From contig CAWJHF010000003.1 in assembly GCA_963842445.1 (NCBI GenBank), positions 143,342-207,341 on the forward strand: a stretch of DNA of 64,000 nt. Direction: 5' to 3'. The stretch is from an uncultured Verrucomicrobiae bacterium (lineage in GTDB: Bacteria > Verrucomicrobiota > Verrucomicrobiia > Limisphaerales > UBA11358). The notes beneath the pieces were generated by a model. The model made no database searches. It was not told the origin of the DNA and was given only the letters and a program-made list of their open reading frames with translations. The translations under genes were made by a program, and so were the position numbers. Shown piece by piece: positions 1 through 10,229 of the stretch (its first letter is position 1; every line of letters starts with the position of its first letter).

Positions 1-1355
1 GCGGCGAACAGATTGGCGCTGCTCATGGAGGCGATGGTATTGTAAAGAGCCAGTGAATTGGCGCTGGTCGCCCCGCCAATGGTCACTACACGGCTGGTGG
101 GAACGGTATTGCTGATGGTCACGCCGGCGTTGCACAGGGTGAAGGTGTTGCCGCTGGCAAAAGTGAATTGGGAATCAATAATTTGGACGCCCTTTACATT
201 GTAAAGGTCGAATGTCTTCGGAGCGGTGTTGGTGATGCAAACGAGCGTGAGATTCGATATGGGCATTTCCGTCGGACCCCAAATGATTCCACCGATGACG
301 GGTGAACTGGCAACGGTCAGGTTGCTGATGGTGATGTCGCGCCAGACGGGAGTGGTGGCGTTGACGGGCGCCGTATTGGAGGCGGCCAGGACTTCAGCGG
401 GCGTAATGTTATCGGGTGTTCCGGTGTCATTGTAATGACTGTAAATGACAATCGGCAGGTTCACATTGGTCATCGTGAGGTTGAAATAATTCAGGTTCTG
501 CACGGGGGCGCTGTTGTCCATATCGCACTTGATGCGAATGCCGTTTTGATTCCCATTGAAAGTGCAGTTGATGACGGTCAGGTTCGATACTCCCACGGAA
601 ATACTGCTGCCGATGGAAACGCCGTGCCCGGAGCCAAAAGTGCAATTGGTGATGAGCAGGTCGTTGAGCGGGCCGCTGGCGCCCATGGCGATGTTGTCGT
701 CGCCGACGCTGATGTGGCAATTCTCAATCACGCAATTGGTGCCCACGAAATCGAGTCCGTCGGTATTGGGCGAGGTCGAAGGCGCTCTCTCTGTGAGATT
801 GCTGATGGTGATGTTGCCGCCGTTATCTCTCACTCCGCAGTGATGATAGGGCGGGTTCTGGAAAGTGATGTCGTGAATGAAAAGACGGTTGCAGGAATAA
901 AGTTGAAGCAACAAGGGGCGGGCCAGACCGCTGTTGGTGGCATAGGCCGCCCACCACGCTGCGCCTTGACCGTCAATCGTGCCTGGTCCGCTGATTTCCA
1001 GGTCATGAACATTATCGCAGTAGATGAACTCGCTGGAACTGCCCGGATAAGTTCCATAGGGCAGCATCTGGAGCATCGCGTTGGTGTCCACCTGCAAATT
1101 GATGCTGCTAAGCAAGGTGATCGGCCCGCTCAAAAACGTGCCCGCAGGAATCTCGACGATGCCGCCGCCCGCCGCATTGGCTGCGTTGATGGCGTTTTGA
1201 ATGCTGGTCGTGTTATCCGTCACCCCGTCGCCGGTGGCACCATAAGCTGTGACATTGAAGATATTGGTCGGAATGGTCGGCATCGCCGGATTGGCGGCGT
1301 GAACCCAACCAGCCAAGGCCAGCCAGGCCCAAATGAAGACAGTTCTTTGTTCCAT
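1..1355 (-). CDS. Glycoside hydrolase family 28 (polygalacturonase-like) secreted protein, 3' end outside window
   Basis: Manual translation from ATG at 1355: MEQRTVFIWAWLALAGWVHAANP..FNVTAYGATGDGVTDNT; GH28 motifs NTDG, GDD, GHG and RIK present; not in ORF track because it runs off the edge. Confidence 0.88.
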   Translation of the reverse strand, partial: MEQRTVFIWAWLALAGWVHAANPAMPTIPTNIFNVTAYGATGDGVTDNTTSIQNAINAANAAGGGIVEIPAGTFLSGPITLLSSINLQVDTNAMLQMLPYGTYPGSSSEFIYCDNVHDLEISGPGTIDGQGAAWWAAYATNSGLARPLLLQLYSCNRLFIHDITFQNPPYHHCGVRDNGGNITISNLTERAPSTSPNTDGLDFVGTNCVIENCHISVGDDNIAMGASGPLNDLLITNCTFGSGHGVSIGSSISVGVSNLTVINCTFNGNQNGIRIKCDMDNSAPVQNLNYFNLTMTNVNLPIVIYSHYNDTGTPDNITPAEVLAASNTAPVNATTPVWRDITISNLTVASSPVIGGIIWGPTEMPISNLTLVCITNTAPKTFDLYNVKGVQIIDSQFTFASGNTFTLCNAGVTISNTVPTSRVVTIGGATSANSLALYNTIASMSSANLFA

Positions 1356-1444
1356 GAACGAAATTAAAAGTTTGAATGGAGCGGTATTGCCTTGACTTCG
1401 TGGACAATGTCAGGTTGTTGATGCTCGCCTTTCAAAAGTTCTCC

Positions 1445-4111
1445 TTACTGCAACACTTGCAGCCGGTAAAACCGCTGCGGGTCCGGCCCCATCAGATTCG
1501 TCACGCTCAACGTGGTATCCGCCGCCGTCAGCGCCCCACCCAAATTGATCCAGTTCGTCTGCAGCAGGTTCGTGTTGTACTGCAACTGATACACCGACCC
1601 CGGCACAGCGTTCCAACTGAACGCCAACTGGTCGCCGCTCGCGCTCAACAGTTGAAATGCCGGCAGCGGAGTGCCCGTCAGGCTCACGTCGTCCAGATCG
1701 AAATATTGCGGGTCATTCCGGGCCCCAAATTGCACCACGCTGCTGCTGCCGGTGGCCTGGACCGCAAATTGCAGGTTGGTCCAGATAAATGCCGGCAGGT
1801 TGGTCTGGTCATAAATGACATTCCCGTTCCAGGACACGCTGAATTCGCTGGGCAATCCGCCATCGGGATTCTCGAGCCAGAACGACAGCATGTAAGGTTC
1901 CCCGGGAATGGTGGGCACCGTTTCAGACAAATAACCCAGCGAACCTTCCGGGCCCAGGCGGGCGGCGTAATTGCCCGAATGGACGAAGGTGGGACTGCCG
2001 CTGACATAGGTGTTGGTGGTATTCCCTGAAAGATTCCAACTCGTGAAATCACCGGTCTCGAAACCGCCGTTCAAAATCAATGGCACCACCTGTAGCGTGG
2101 CTTGGCGGCTCTGGCTGGCACCGGTGTTCAGGTCGTTGAAAAAGATGGTTGCAGCATAGTTCCCCACCGGGAAGCCGGCCGCAGTGGCATTCAAGCTTAC
2201 CGTAACGGTGGTTTGTCCGCCGCCGGCCAGCGTGCCGTTGGTCGTCGAGGCATTGAGCCAGAGCGAGGTGTTGACGAGCGACCAGTTGAGGGAACTTCCG
2301 CCAGTATTGGTCAAGGTGTAATTCTGGGCAATCACGCCAGTCAGTTCTCCCACCGGAAAACCTGCGGCAAAAGCGTTGGCCGGCACGACTTGCAGCGCGT
2401 CGGGTGGCTGGACGAGGGCATTGATCAGGTTGGTTCCGGTCGGAGTGCCCCAACCGGTGCAAAGGTCATAACCGGTGACGGCGAAAAACTTGCTGGGGCT
2501 GTAAAAATTCGTGTTGTTGCCGGCTTTGATGTCATGGAAATCCGAGTTGTAATTCGTCCCCTTGCCGATGGCGTAAACGGCGGGGTTGATAAAACCGACG
2601 GGCGGGTAACCGTTGCCCGCGGCTTGCTGGTTGATCAACGCGGCAAAGCCCGCCCACAATGGGGCCGCGCAACTCGTGCCCCCGACATCCGAATATTGCA
2701 GGCCATTGTCCGCGATCACGAAAACATTGTCGGCGGTCAAGGCGACATCAGGGACATTACGGTGAGTTGTGGATCCCCGGTTCAACGTCATGCTGATGCC
2801 CTGTTGCCATGACGGAATTGAGTAGATGGAGCTTATGCCACCTCCACTGGCATTGCCGTATCCCCAGTTCCAGACCTTTTCAGAAGTCCAGGTTCCGCCC
2901 GCACCGGTTGTCAAAGTTGTTCCCCCGACAAGTGTAACCAAAGGACTGTCTTCATACTGAAAAATCCCAGGATAATATGCCCCCTCGTCACCGGAAGCCT
3001 GCAAAAACGTCTGTCCTTGCATGGCAAACTGTGTGTAAATCGCAGCATATTGCGAGCTGTCGCCGATCACCCAAGAGGAACTGATTTGATCGGCCAGATC
3101 GTCATCGGCAATCTTGCTCAGAATGTCACCATCTATTGCAGGACTGTCACCGGGACCTTCATAGACAATGATTTGGGACAGACTGGGAGCCATGCAATTC
3201 ACCATCTCAATGTCCAGCGCCACCTCAACATTAACGTCGTCGCCCTTGGCAGGCGCCGGCGGACCGCCATCCACCCTCACATTTTGCAGCGGAACGCTGG
3301 GCAGCCCGGCCAGAGCCACGTAATTTGAGATGTCACCGGGAAAGTAGTCAGCACACTCGAAAAGGGCGACGGCCTGCCCCGTCCCCGTAAGTGACACGCC
3401 CGGAGCGTAAGCCTTCCTGAAATCGTACCCAAAGTAAGAGCCAAATCCGTCCGGCGCGGATCCGGTCAACGATTGATTCGTCGAAGATTGACTGCCGGAG
3501 GCCCGGCGGTAAAGCGGGCGTGGCAGAACGTAATTGTTGAGGCCAATGATGCTCGATACCGGCACTGACAGATCCAGCGACGGTTCGACATCCGGCGCAT
3601 AAAACGTCCGGTTTTCCGTCGGGTGCTGATAGACGCGCATCGTTACGTGAAACGTCTTCTGGATCTCCGCCACCGGCCCGTCCACATCCAGCAACACGCG
3701 GTTGGGGTGTGTGCCGGCTATCGTCAAACCGTTCGCCCTCGCAAAAGCGATGACTGCCAGATAATCCTGTTCCGTAGGGCCGAATTGTTCCGTAAACTGC
3801 TGAGGCGTCAGATAGTGATGATAATTGGGGCTGGCCGGGTCGTAAATTTGCTGGAGCAGATTGGTCAACGCCTCCGGGTTGCGCAAGGGGAGACTGATTG
3901 CCAGTCTCAAGCGCTGTGAAGCTGGCAGAACGCTGACCGGTTGCAAATGCAAGCTGGCCACTGCTGCTGGTATGTGGCCTCGCAGTACCTGCCGCCCGGC
4001 CGCCTGGGCAGGTGCGGCGAGCATAGGAAACAGTGGCAGGCACGCGACGGCAGCCAGGCGCCCGATCAAAGACAATCGTCCAGTAGTTTTTGGAAAAAAC
4101 TTCTTGTTCAT
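1445..4111 (-). CDS. S53 (sedolisin/kumamolisin) serine peptidase with prodomain, BACON-like/carbohydrate-binding-like domains and C-terminal FYR domain
   Basis: Signal peptide, pro-kumamolisin activation domain, EVALD, SGD and GGTSCAAP motifs; start taken at MNKKFF. Confidence 0.9.
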   Translation of the reverse strand: MNKKFFPKTTGRLSLIGRLAAVACLPLFPMLAAPAQAAGRQVLRGHIPAAVASLHLQPVSVLPASQRLRLAISLPLRNPEALTNLLQQIYDPASPNYHHYLTPQQFTEQFGPTEQDYLAVIAFARANGLTIAGTHPNRVLLDVDGPVAEIQKTFHVTMRVYQHPTENRTFYAPDVEPSLDLSVPVSSIIGLNNYVLPRPLYRRASGSQSSTNQSLTGSAPDGFGSYFGYDFRKAYAPGVSLTGTGQAVALFECADYFPGDISNYVALAGLPSVPLQNVRVDGGPPAPAKGDDVNVEVALDIEMVNCMAPSLSQIIVYEGPGDSPAIDGDILSKIADDDLADQISSSWVIGDSSQYAAIYTQFAMQGQTFLQASGDEGAYYPGIFQYEDSPLVTLVGGTTLTTGAGGTWTSEKVWNWGYGNASGGGISSIYSIPSWQQGISMTLNRGSTTHRNVPDVALTADNVFVIADNGLQYSDVGGTSCAAPLWAGFAALINQQAAGNGYPPVGFINPAVYAIGKGTNYNSDFHDIKAGNNTNFYSPSKFFAVTGYDLCTGWGTPTGTNLINALVQPPDALQVVPANAFAAGFPVGELTGVIAQNYTLTNTGGSSLNWSLVNTSLWLNASTTNGTLAGGGQTTVTVSLNATAAGFPVGNYAATIFFNDLNTGASQSRQATLQVVPLILNGGFETGDFTSWNLSGNTTNTYVSGSPTFVHSGNYAARLGPEGSLGYLSETVPTIPGEPYMLSFWLENPDGGLPSEFSVSWNGNVIYDQTNLPAFIWTNLQFAVQATGSSSVVQFGARNDPQYFDLDDVSLTGTPLPAFQLLSASGDQLAFSWNAVPGSVYQLQYNTNLLQTNWINLGGALTAADTTLSVTNLMGPDPQRFYRLQVLQ

Positions 4112-4297
4112 GGCCGGTTGGCAGAAGACAAAGGTTGCTCGCATAAAAAACAACTGCATAGTCAGCCGAGGATTCACCTCGGAATTCAGACAGATACTGC
4201 GCCGAACGTCAAGTTTCACAAGCCATAAAATCGGCGATGACAGTGTCGCTTGCGCACTTATGGCGCTGTGGACTGCGCCAAGGCGGACGGCGGCACT

Positions 4298-7200
4298 TCA
4301 GGGCGACACCATGAGGCGATAAAACCGCTGTGGCGAGGATCCGATGGCATTGGTGTCGGATACCGTCAAAGTACCGTTGGTGGCAATGAGTGGCTTGCCA
4401 AGATTAATCCAGTTGGTCTGAAGCAAATTGGTGTTGTATTGCACCTGATAAATTAATCCAGCCATTGTCCCCCAAGTAAGATTGAAGGTGCTGGAAGTTT
4501 GGGTTGTTGCCCGGAACGCCGGCACTGGAACCGGCGTTACGCTAATGTCATCCAGGCCGAGATAGTATGGGGTGTCGTCAAATCCAAACTGGAGAACCGT
4601 GCTGGCGCTGGTGGCCGTGACAATGAATTGCAAATTGGTCCAAGTGGTAAATGGCATGTTGGTCTGGCTGAAGACGGGTGTTCCGTTCCATTGCACGAGA
4701 AATTGATTGGGGGTGGCTCCATGTGAGTTATTAGGATTGTCCAGCCACAGCGAGAGCAAATAGTTCTGTCCGGCAACGGTTGACAAGGTCTGGGAAAGAT
4801 AACCCAGTGAACCAGAAGGACCCAGCGCCGCGCCGTAAGTGCCTGAATGCACGAAATGCGAATTACTAGTAACCACGGTGTCAGCGGTGTTCCCGGATAG
4901 ACTCCAACTGGTAAAAGAGCCGGTCTCAAATCCGCCGTTCTGAACCAGCGGCCCCACCTGCAAAGTGAACGGCAAGCCAACCGTCCAGCCGTTCTGGTTG
5001 GTGAACACCAGGCTGGCCGTGTAAGTTCCCGCCGCCAGACTATAGGCGGCAGAAGTCAAGCTGGCCGTCAACGTGGTCTGTCCTCCGACCGATAATGTTC
5101 CGCTGGTGGGCGAAGCGTTCAGCCAAGTCGCCGGGTTGAGGAGGCTCCAGCTCAAGGAAACCAAGCCCAGGTTGGTCAACACGAAATTTTGCGAAGTAAT
5201 GCTGAATGGTCCACCGAGCAAACCGCCGGAGTTGAAACCGCCTGGTGGCAAAACAGCCAGCGGGGGCAGGACTTGCAGCGTGAACTGACGGGGCTGGGCA
5301 ATGCCGGTTGCCTGATTGGTAAACCAGACGCTGGCGGAGTAGCTGCCCACCGCCAGGCTGTTGGCCGCCGACGTCAGGCTGGCTGTGACGCTGGTTTGCT
5401 GGCCGCCCGCAAGCGTGCCGCTGCCCGGCGAAACGTTGAGCCACGACAAGGTGTTGATCAGGCTCCAGTTCAGCGAGGACACGGTGGAGTTGGTCAGCGT
5501 GAGCGTCTGGGGCGCGCCGCTGAAAGGCCCGCCAATTGGACCGCTTGCCGCGAAACCCGTTAATGGCGTGATGCCCAAGCTGTCAGGCGGAGCGAGCGCG
5601 TTGATCAGATTTTGTCCGTTGGGCGTGCCCAGACCAGTGCAAAGGTCATAACCGTTTGTGGCGTAAAACAGATTGGGGCTGCTAGACCAGGTGTTGTTGC
5701 CGATCGTGATGTCGTTAAAACAATTGGTGTAGTTCGTCCCGGCGGCCAGGCTGTAAATGGCGGGGTTGATGAAGCCCACCGGCGATTTTCCATTGGCCGC
5801 GGCCTGTTGATTGACGAGCGCGTTGAAGCCCGCCCACAACGGCGCCGCAAAACTGGTGCCGCCCCAACCATCCGAACCCTGGCCGTTGCCGCCGTAAACG
5901 ATATACATGTCTTCATAAGCGTTCATGGCCACATCAGGAATATTCCGGTTGGTGGTCGAGCCGCCCCTGCCCGCCATGTTGCTGATGTTGGTCTGCCAGC
6001 CTGGAATGGCATAGTAGGAACTGATTCCGCCACTGCTGCCGGCACCGCCGCCTTGATTCCACACTGTTTCCGACACGTAGGCTGCGACGGCGCCGTTCAT
6101 CGTCAACTGTGTGCCGCCCACCTGCGTGATGTACGGGTTGCTCGACGGCGTATTATCCAACGACGGGTTGTCAACGCCGTTGACAGAACTTGCGCCCGTC
6201 GTAAAAGCGTCGCTGTCACCGGAAGCGTTGAAAAATGACTGCCCGACCGCCTGCATGCTTTTGAAGATGTTGTCTGTCGTTGTGCTTGGTCCGAGGTTCC
6301 AGCCCCAGGAACTGCTCAAGTTTTTCACCGTGTTGCTGAAGGTAAGCATGGAGTTCAAAACGGAGTTGGGCTGGTTACCCTCAAACACCACAATTTTTGC
6401 CAGTCCCGGTGCCATGGCCATCGCCATTTCAATATCCAGGGATACTTCAGCGTTCGCATTTTGAATGCCGCTGTAGCCAGGGATCCCGCTGACCCCGTTT
6501 GTCAAAACAGTTTGTATGACGATGTTCGTCCGCCCGCCGCCCGCCGCCACCGCGTAAGCCACGATGTCATTGGAATAAAAACCGTCCAATTCGAACAAGC
6601 CGACCATCTGGCCCGTGCCCGTCAAAGCCACGTTGGGCGCGTAGGCGTTGCGAAAATCATTGCCGAAATAGTCGCCGGAGCCGTCCGGAGCCGAGCCGCT
6701 TCGGGGCGTGGCCTGAGCCGCAGCCTGCGCTGCGTCAAGGCGGTGGATTTTCGGATGCGGACGGGAAAAGTCGCTCAACCCTTGAATGTCCGCCACCGGC
6801 AACCCCGGATCCACCGACGGTTCCACATCCGGCGCAAAAAAATCGCGCGCCTCCGTCGGATGGCGGTAGGTCCGCAAGGTGATGTGAAACGCCCTTTCGA
6901 TCGCCGATGCCGGGCCGGTCACGTCCAGGACCAAGCGGTTCGCGCTCGTGCCCGCCACGGTCAAACCGTTCCGCTGCGCAAAATCAATGACCGATTGATA
7001 ATCCTGTTCCGTGGGGCCGAACCGTTCCGTGAATTGCTCCAGCGTCAGAAATTTGTGGTAATTCGTGCTGCCCGGATCGTAAAGCTGTTGCAGCAAAGCA
7101 TCGAGCGCCGCCCCGTTCCGCAACGGCAGGCCGATGGCCAGTTGCAGACTTTTTGTCGCCGGCAGTTGACCCGTTGGCTGCAAATTGTAACGCGCAATCG

Positions 7201-7318
7201 CCGGCGGCACGTGTCCGTGCAAAACCTGTCTTTCCCCCGCCATGCCCGGAAAAATTGCACTGAAAAACAACGCGATGGCGATGCCCGTTACATCCAATAA
7301 CGACCGAAATTTCAACAT
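4298..7318 (-). CDS. S53 serine peptidase, tandem paralogue with an extra Ig/BACON-like domain
   Basis: EVSLD, SGD, GGTSFAAP, YDLCTGLGTP; same architecture as neighbour; start uncertain (7318 or 7360). Confidence 0.9.
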   Translation of the reverse strand: MLKFRSLLDVTGIAIALFFSAIFPGMAGERQVLHGHVPPAIARYNLQPTGQLPATKSLQLAIGLPLRNGAALDALLQQLYDPGSTNYHKFLTLEQFTERFGPTEQDYQSVIDFAQRNGLTVAGTSANRLVLDVTGPASAIERAFHITLRTYRHPTEARDFFAPDVEPSVDPGLPVADIQGLSDFSRPHPKIHRLDAAQAAAQATPRSGSAPDGSGDYFGNDFRNAYAPNVALTGTGQMVGLFELDGFYSNDIVAYAVAAGGGRTNIVIQTVLTNGVSGIPGYSGIQNANAEVSLDIEMAMAMAPGLAKIVVFEGNQPNSVLNSMLTFSNTVKNLSSSWGWNLGPSTTTDNIFKSMQAVGQSFFNASGDSDAFTTGASSVNGVDNPSLDNTPSSNPYITQVGGTQLTMNGAVAAYVSETVWNQGGGAGSSGGISSYYAIPGWQTNISNMAGRGGSTTNRNIPDVAMNAYEDMYIVYGGNGQGSDGWGGTSFAAPLWAGFNALVNQQAAANGKSPVGFINPAIYSLAAGTNYTNCFNDITIGNNTWSSSPNLFYATNGYDLCTGLGTPNGQNLINALAPPDSLGITPLTGFAASGPIGGPFSGAPQTLTLTNSTVSSLNWSLINTLSWLNVSPGSGTLAGGQQTSVTASLTSAANSLAVGSYSASVWFTNQATGIAQPRQFTLQVLPPLAVLPPGGFNSGGLLGGPFSITSQNFVLTNLGLVSLSWSLLNPATWLNASPTSGTLSVGGQTTLTASLTSAAYSLAAGTYTASLVFTNQNGWTVGLPFTLQVGPLVQNGGFETGSFTSWSLSGNTADTVVTSNSHFVHSGTYGAALGPSGSLGYLSQTLSTVAGQNYLLSLWLDNPNNSHGATPNQFLVQWNGTPVFSQTNMPFTTWTNLQFIVTATSASTVLQFGFDDTPYYLGLDDISVTPVPVPAFRATTQTSSTFNLTWGTMAGLIYQVQYNTNLLQTNWINLGKPLIATNGTLTVSDTNAIGSSPQRFYRLMVSP

Positions 7319-7538
7319 AAGGCGCAGTTTTGAATAATGGCAATCCGTAACGGCCGACATCCGCCGGGCACAGTCTTTGTTTTAATTCGCACAGGCTGTT
7401 AAAAAGCAAACCGCGTTCCACATTTAAGCGGAAACAATGTATATTTGTAGCGCAATTTATGCTCAGATGACACATAAATCAAATCCGGTATTATCGAAAA
7501 AAATTGCCCGGCTCCGTCCGTGACTTTAACGTGCGTTT

Positions 7539-8321
7539 GTGGCCGCCAAACTTACCATTCTCGGCAGCGGTTCCGGCGGGAATTGCGCCTATGTTGAAAC
7601 CGCTGAGGCGCGGATACTTGTGGATGCCGGGTTCAGCCCGCGGCAGATCCGCCAGCGCCTTGGGGCGATCGGCCGCGTGCCGGAGAATCTCACCGCCATT
7701 CTCATCACCCACGAACACACCGATCATATCCAGGGACTCACCGGCATCGCGCAAAAACTCAACATCCCCATCTACTGCAACCGCGCCACCAAAGATGAAT
7801 TTGAACGCATCCTCGAAACCCGCTTCGACTGCCGGCTCTTCGACACCGGCGCGAGCTTTGAAATCGCCGACGTGCTGGTGGACACCTTCACCATCCCGCA
7901 TGACGCCCAGGACCCTGTCGGTTTTCTGCTCCGCACCGCCGCCGGCAACATCGGGTTCGCCACCGACCTCGGCCACATGACCAAGCTGGTAATCGAACGC
8001 ACGCGCGCCGCGAATGTCCTCGTCCTCGAATCCAACCACGACGTGAAGATGCTTCAGGATTGCCCGCGCCGCTCGTGGAGTCTCAAGCAGCGCATTCTTG
8101 GCCGCCACGGCCATCTCTCGAACGAAGCCGCTGCCGAAGCCGTCGCGAAAATCATGTCTGCCGAACTGCGCCACCTCTACCTTGCCCACCTCAGTCGCGA
8201 ATGCAACCGCCCTGAACTCGCCCATTACGTCATGGCTGAACAGCTCCACCACATCGGTGCTACTCATGTTCAACTTCAACTCGCCGCGCAAGATGTGCCG
8301 TGCAAGACTTTGGAGCTTTGA
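7539..8321 (+). CDS. MBL-fold metallo-hydrolase (YycJ/WalJ-like)
   Basis: GSGSGGN, THEHTDH, HDA, ESNHD, GHLSN, AHLS motifs. Confidence 0.88.
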   Translation: MAAKLTILGSGSGGNCAYVETAEARILVDAGFSPRQIRQRLGAIGRVPENLTAILITHEHTDHIQGLTGIAQKLNIPIYCNRATKDEFERILETRFDCRLFDTGASFEIADVLVDTFTIPHDAQDPVGFLLRTAAGNIGFATDLGHMTKLVIERTRAANVLVLESNHDVKMLQDCPRRSWSLKQRILGRHGHLSNEAAAEAVAKIMSAELRHLYLAHLSRECNRPELAHYVMAEQLHHIGATHVQLQLAAQDVPCKTLEL

Positions 8322-8388
8322 GATTCCAATCTGGAATCTTGAAGAATGGCTTGAACATTAAATAACTGCGTGCGTTTTAGCGAATAAA

Positions 8389-8469
8389 ATGGCTGAATTG
8401 AACATTCAAAAAATCTCCTCGTTCGATTCACCTGAACTCCAAGCTTACGCCACGATGCAGCTTGCCTGA
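8389..8469 (+). pseudogene. Orphan 5' copy of the trmH-family gene (26-codon mini-ORF)
   Basis: MAELNIQKISSFDSPELQAYATMQLA* aligns with the start of 9036-9902 (MLRIQKISSFNSPELQPYATMKR). Confidence 0.85.
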
Positions 8470-8490
8470 AAAATCAAACCGGCGTATCGT
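8462..8490 (+). promoter_or_regulatory. Putative sigma70 promoter for a leaderless TA transcript
   Basis: TTGCCT-17nt-TATCGT, ATG 6 nt after the -10 box, no SD. Confidence 0.55.
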
Positions 8491-8496
8491 TTTGGC

Positions 8497-8709
8497 ATGC
8501 GAAAAGAACGCGTCTATCACTGCGATCCGGAAATCCTTGGGGGCACGCTGGTCTTCAAGGGCACGCGCGTGCCGGTGCAAAGTCTTTTCGACCATCTCAA
8601 GGCGGGCGATTCCATCGAGGATTTTTTGGAAGGTTTCCCCAGTGTGAAGCGTTCGCAGGTGCTGGCCGTACTCCGGGAAATGGAAATGGAAGTTCTCGCC
8701 CACGCCTGA
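8497..8709 (+). CDS. DUF433 family antitoxin (VapB45-like)
   Basis: DPEILGGTLVFKGTRVPV..L..G.S.E.FLE.FPS signature. Confidence 0.9.
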   Translation: MRKERVYHCDPEILGGTLVFKGTRVPVQSLFDHLKAGDSIEDFLEGFPSVKRSQVLAVLREMEMEVLAHA

Positions 8710-8710
8710 T

Positions 8711-9031
8711 GTGAGAATTCTTCTGGATGAAAACCTGGATTGGCGGTTGGGGCACTTTCTTCCCGGGCACGAGGTCAAATCCGTCCCGCGCCTCGGTTGG
8801 GCAGGATTGAAAAATGGGATACTTCTTCGCCGGGCGAATGAAAGTTTCGACGTGCTTATTACCATGGACAACCCTATGGTCAGTCAACAGAATCTGTCGA
8901 AACTCAAGATCGCCGTAGTCGTCTTGCGTGCACCGTCGAATCGCCTGGCAGATACCAGCCCGCTCATGCGGCAAGTTCTTGCGCTGCTGCCACGTTTAAA
9001 GCTAGGAAAAGTAGCGAGGGTGGCGGCTTGA
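8711..9031 (+). CDS. DUF5615 PIN-like toxin (VapC45-like)
   Basis: MRILLDENL..GWAGLKNG.LL..FDVLITMD; directly follows DUF433. Confidence 0.88.
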   Translation: MRILLDENLDWRLGHFLPGHEVKSVPRLGWAGLKNGILLRRANESFDVLITMDNPMVSQQNLSKLKIAVVVLRAPSNRLADTSPLMRQVLALLPRLKLGKVARVAA

Positions 9032-9035
9032 GTTC

Positions 9036-9902
9036 ATGCTACGCATCCAAAAAATCTCCTCTTTCAATTCGCCCGAACTCCAGCCTTACGCCACGATGAA
9101 GCGGCCGCTGGAGCAGGAACGGCAGGGTATCTTCGTAGCCGAAGGGGTAAAAGTCGTGCGGCGGCTGCTCGAAAGCCATTTCACCGTTACTTCGGTCGTG
9201 CTGCCGGAAAAATGGCTGGACGATTTCCGTCCGCGGATTGAAGCGCGCCCGGAACCCATCACGGTTTATCTCGCCGAAAAGAAATTTCTGGAAGGGCTGG
9301 TCGGCTTTTCTATGTTCCAGGGGGTCCTCGCCGTCGGGAAAATTCCGCCACCCGTTTCGCTCGACGAACTCCTGCAAAAAAGTCCCCAGCCGCGGCTCCT
9401 GGTCGCCGTGGACGCATTAACCAACGCCGAAAATCTTGGCGCCCTCGTCCGGAATTGCGTCGCCTTTGGCGTTCAGGCGTTGCTCGTAGGCGAAACTTCC
9501 AGCAGCCCGTTCCTGCGCCGCGCCGTCCGCAATTCCATGGGCACCATTTTTCAATTGCCGGTCATCGAACTGGCGAAACTCGGCCAACGGCATCAGTTCA
9601 CCACCAAACCGCATACCACGAACCTGACGCTCGCGGAATGTTTGAAGGAGCTTCGCGTCCGTGGTGTCCGCTGTATCGCGGCGCATCCGCACACGGACAA
9701 GAAGGTCTTGTCCCAGGCGGATTTTTCCGGCGATTGTTGCATTGTCTTTGGCAGCGAAGGCGACGGGCTTTCTGTACCGGTGCGGGAAGCGTGCGATGAA
9801 GCGGTGGCCATTCCGATGCCGCCGGCGGTGGATTCACTCAACGTCGGCGCGGCGGCGGCGGTTTTTCTTTATGAGGCGAACCGGCAGCGAAAACATTCCT
9901 AA
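9036..9902 (+). CDS. TrmH/SpoU family RNA 2'-O-methyltransferase
   Basis: F.AEG, NLGALVR, FGSEGDG, IPM...VDSLNV SPOUT motifs. Confidence 0.92.
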   Translation: MLRIQKISSFNSPELQPYATMKRPLEQERQGIFVAEGVKVVRRLLESHFTVTSVVLPEKWLDDFRPRIEARPEPITVYLAEKKFLEGLVGFSMFQGVLAVGKIPPPVSLDELLQKSPQPRLLVAVDALTNAENLGALVRNCVAFGVQALLVGETSSSPFLRRAVRNSMGTIFQLPVIELAKLGQRHQFTTKPHTTNLTLAECLKELRVRGVRCIAAHPHTDKKVLSQADFSGDCCIVFGSEGDGLSVPVREACDEAVAIPMPPAVDSLNVGAAAAVFLYEANRQRKHS

Positions 9903-9965
9903 ATTGCTGGACAAATTGGATTTGTCGCCAAGACTGCCTTTGGTTCCTTCACAAGAACAAATCGT

Positions 9966-10208
9966 ATGAACCAAAATCAATTGGCGAATGTTCTCATCAA
10001 GATTCTCGGCCTGTATTTTTGCGTGGATGGGTTCGTGCGCATAGTTTCCGGGGTGCTTAATTTGCTTGCCATGCTGACGAGCCGAAACGGCTTCGGGTCA
10101 TTCTACGCCTGGGTCAGTCCATTTATCGGGTTGATCCTGGCTGCCATTGGCTTTCTCTTAATCGTGTTAAGCCGGGCGATTGCCGACATTTTGTTCAAGA
10201 ACGAATGA
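9966..10208 (+). CDS. Small membrane protein (2 predicted TM)
   Basis: 80-aa ORF with two hydrophobic segments filling the trmH-glnE gap. Confidence 0.6.
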   Translation: MNQNQLANVLIKILGLYFCVDGFVRIVSGVLNLLAMLTSRNGFGSFYAWVSPFIGLILAAIGFLLIVLSRAIADILFKNE

Positions 10209-10229
10209 TTGATGGAAGCCGTTCCAAAA

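Noticed and set aside
435-1367. 310-aa plus-strand ORF
   Set aside because: Antisense shadow of the GH28 gene, which has the catalytic motifs on the minus strand
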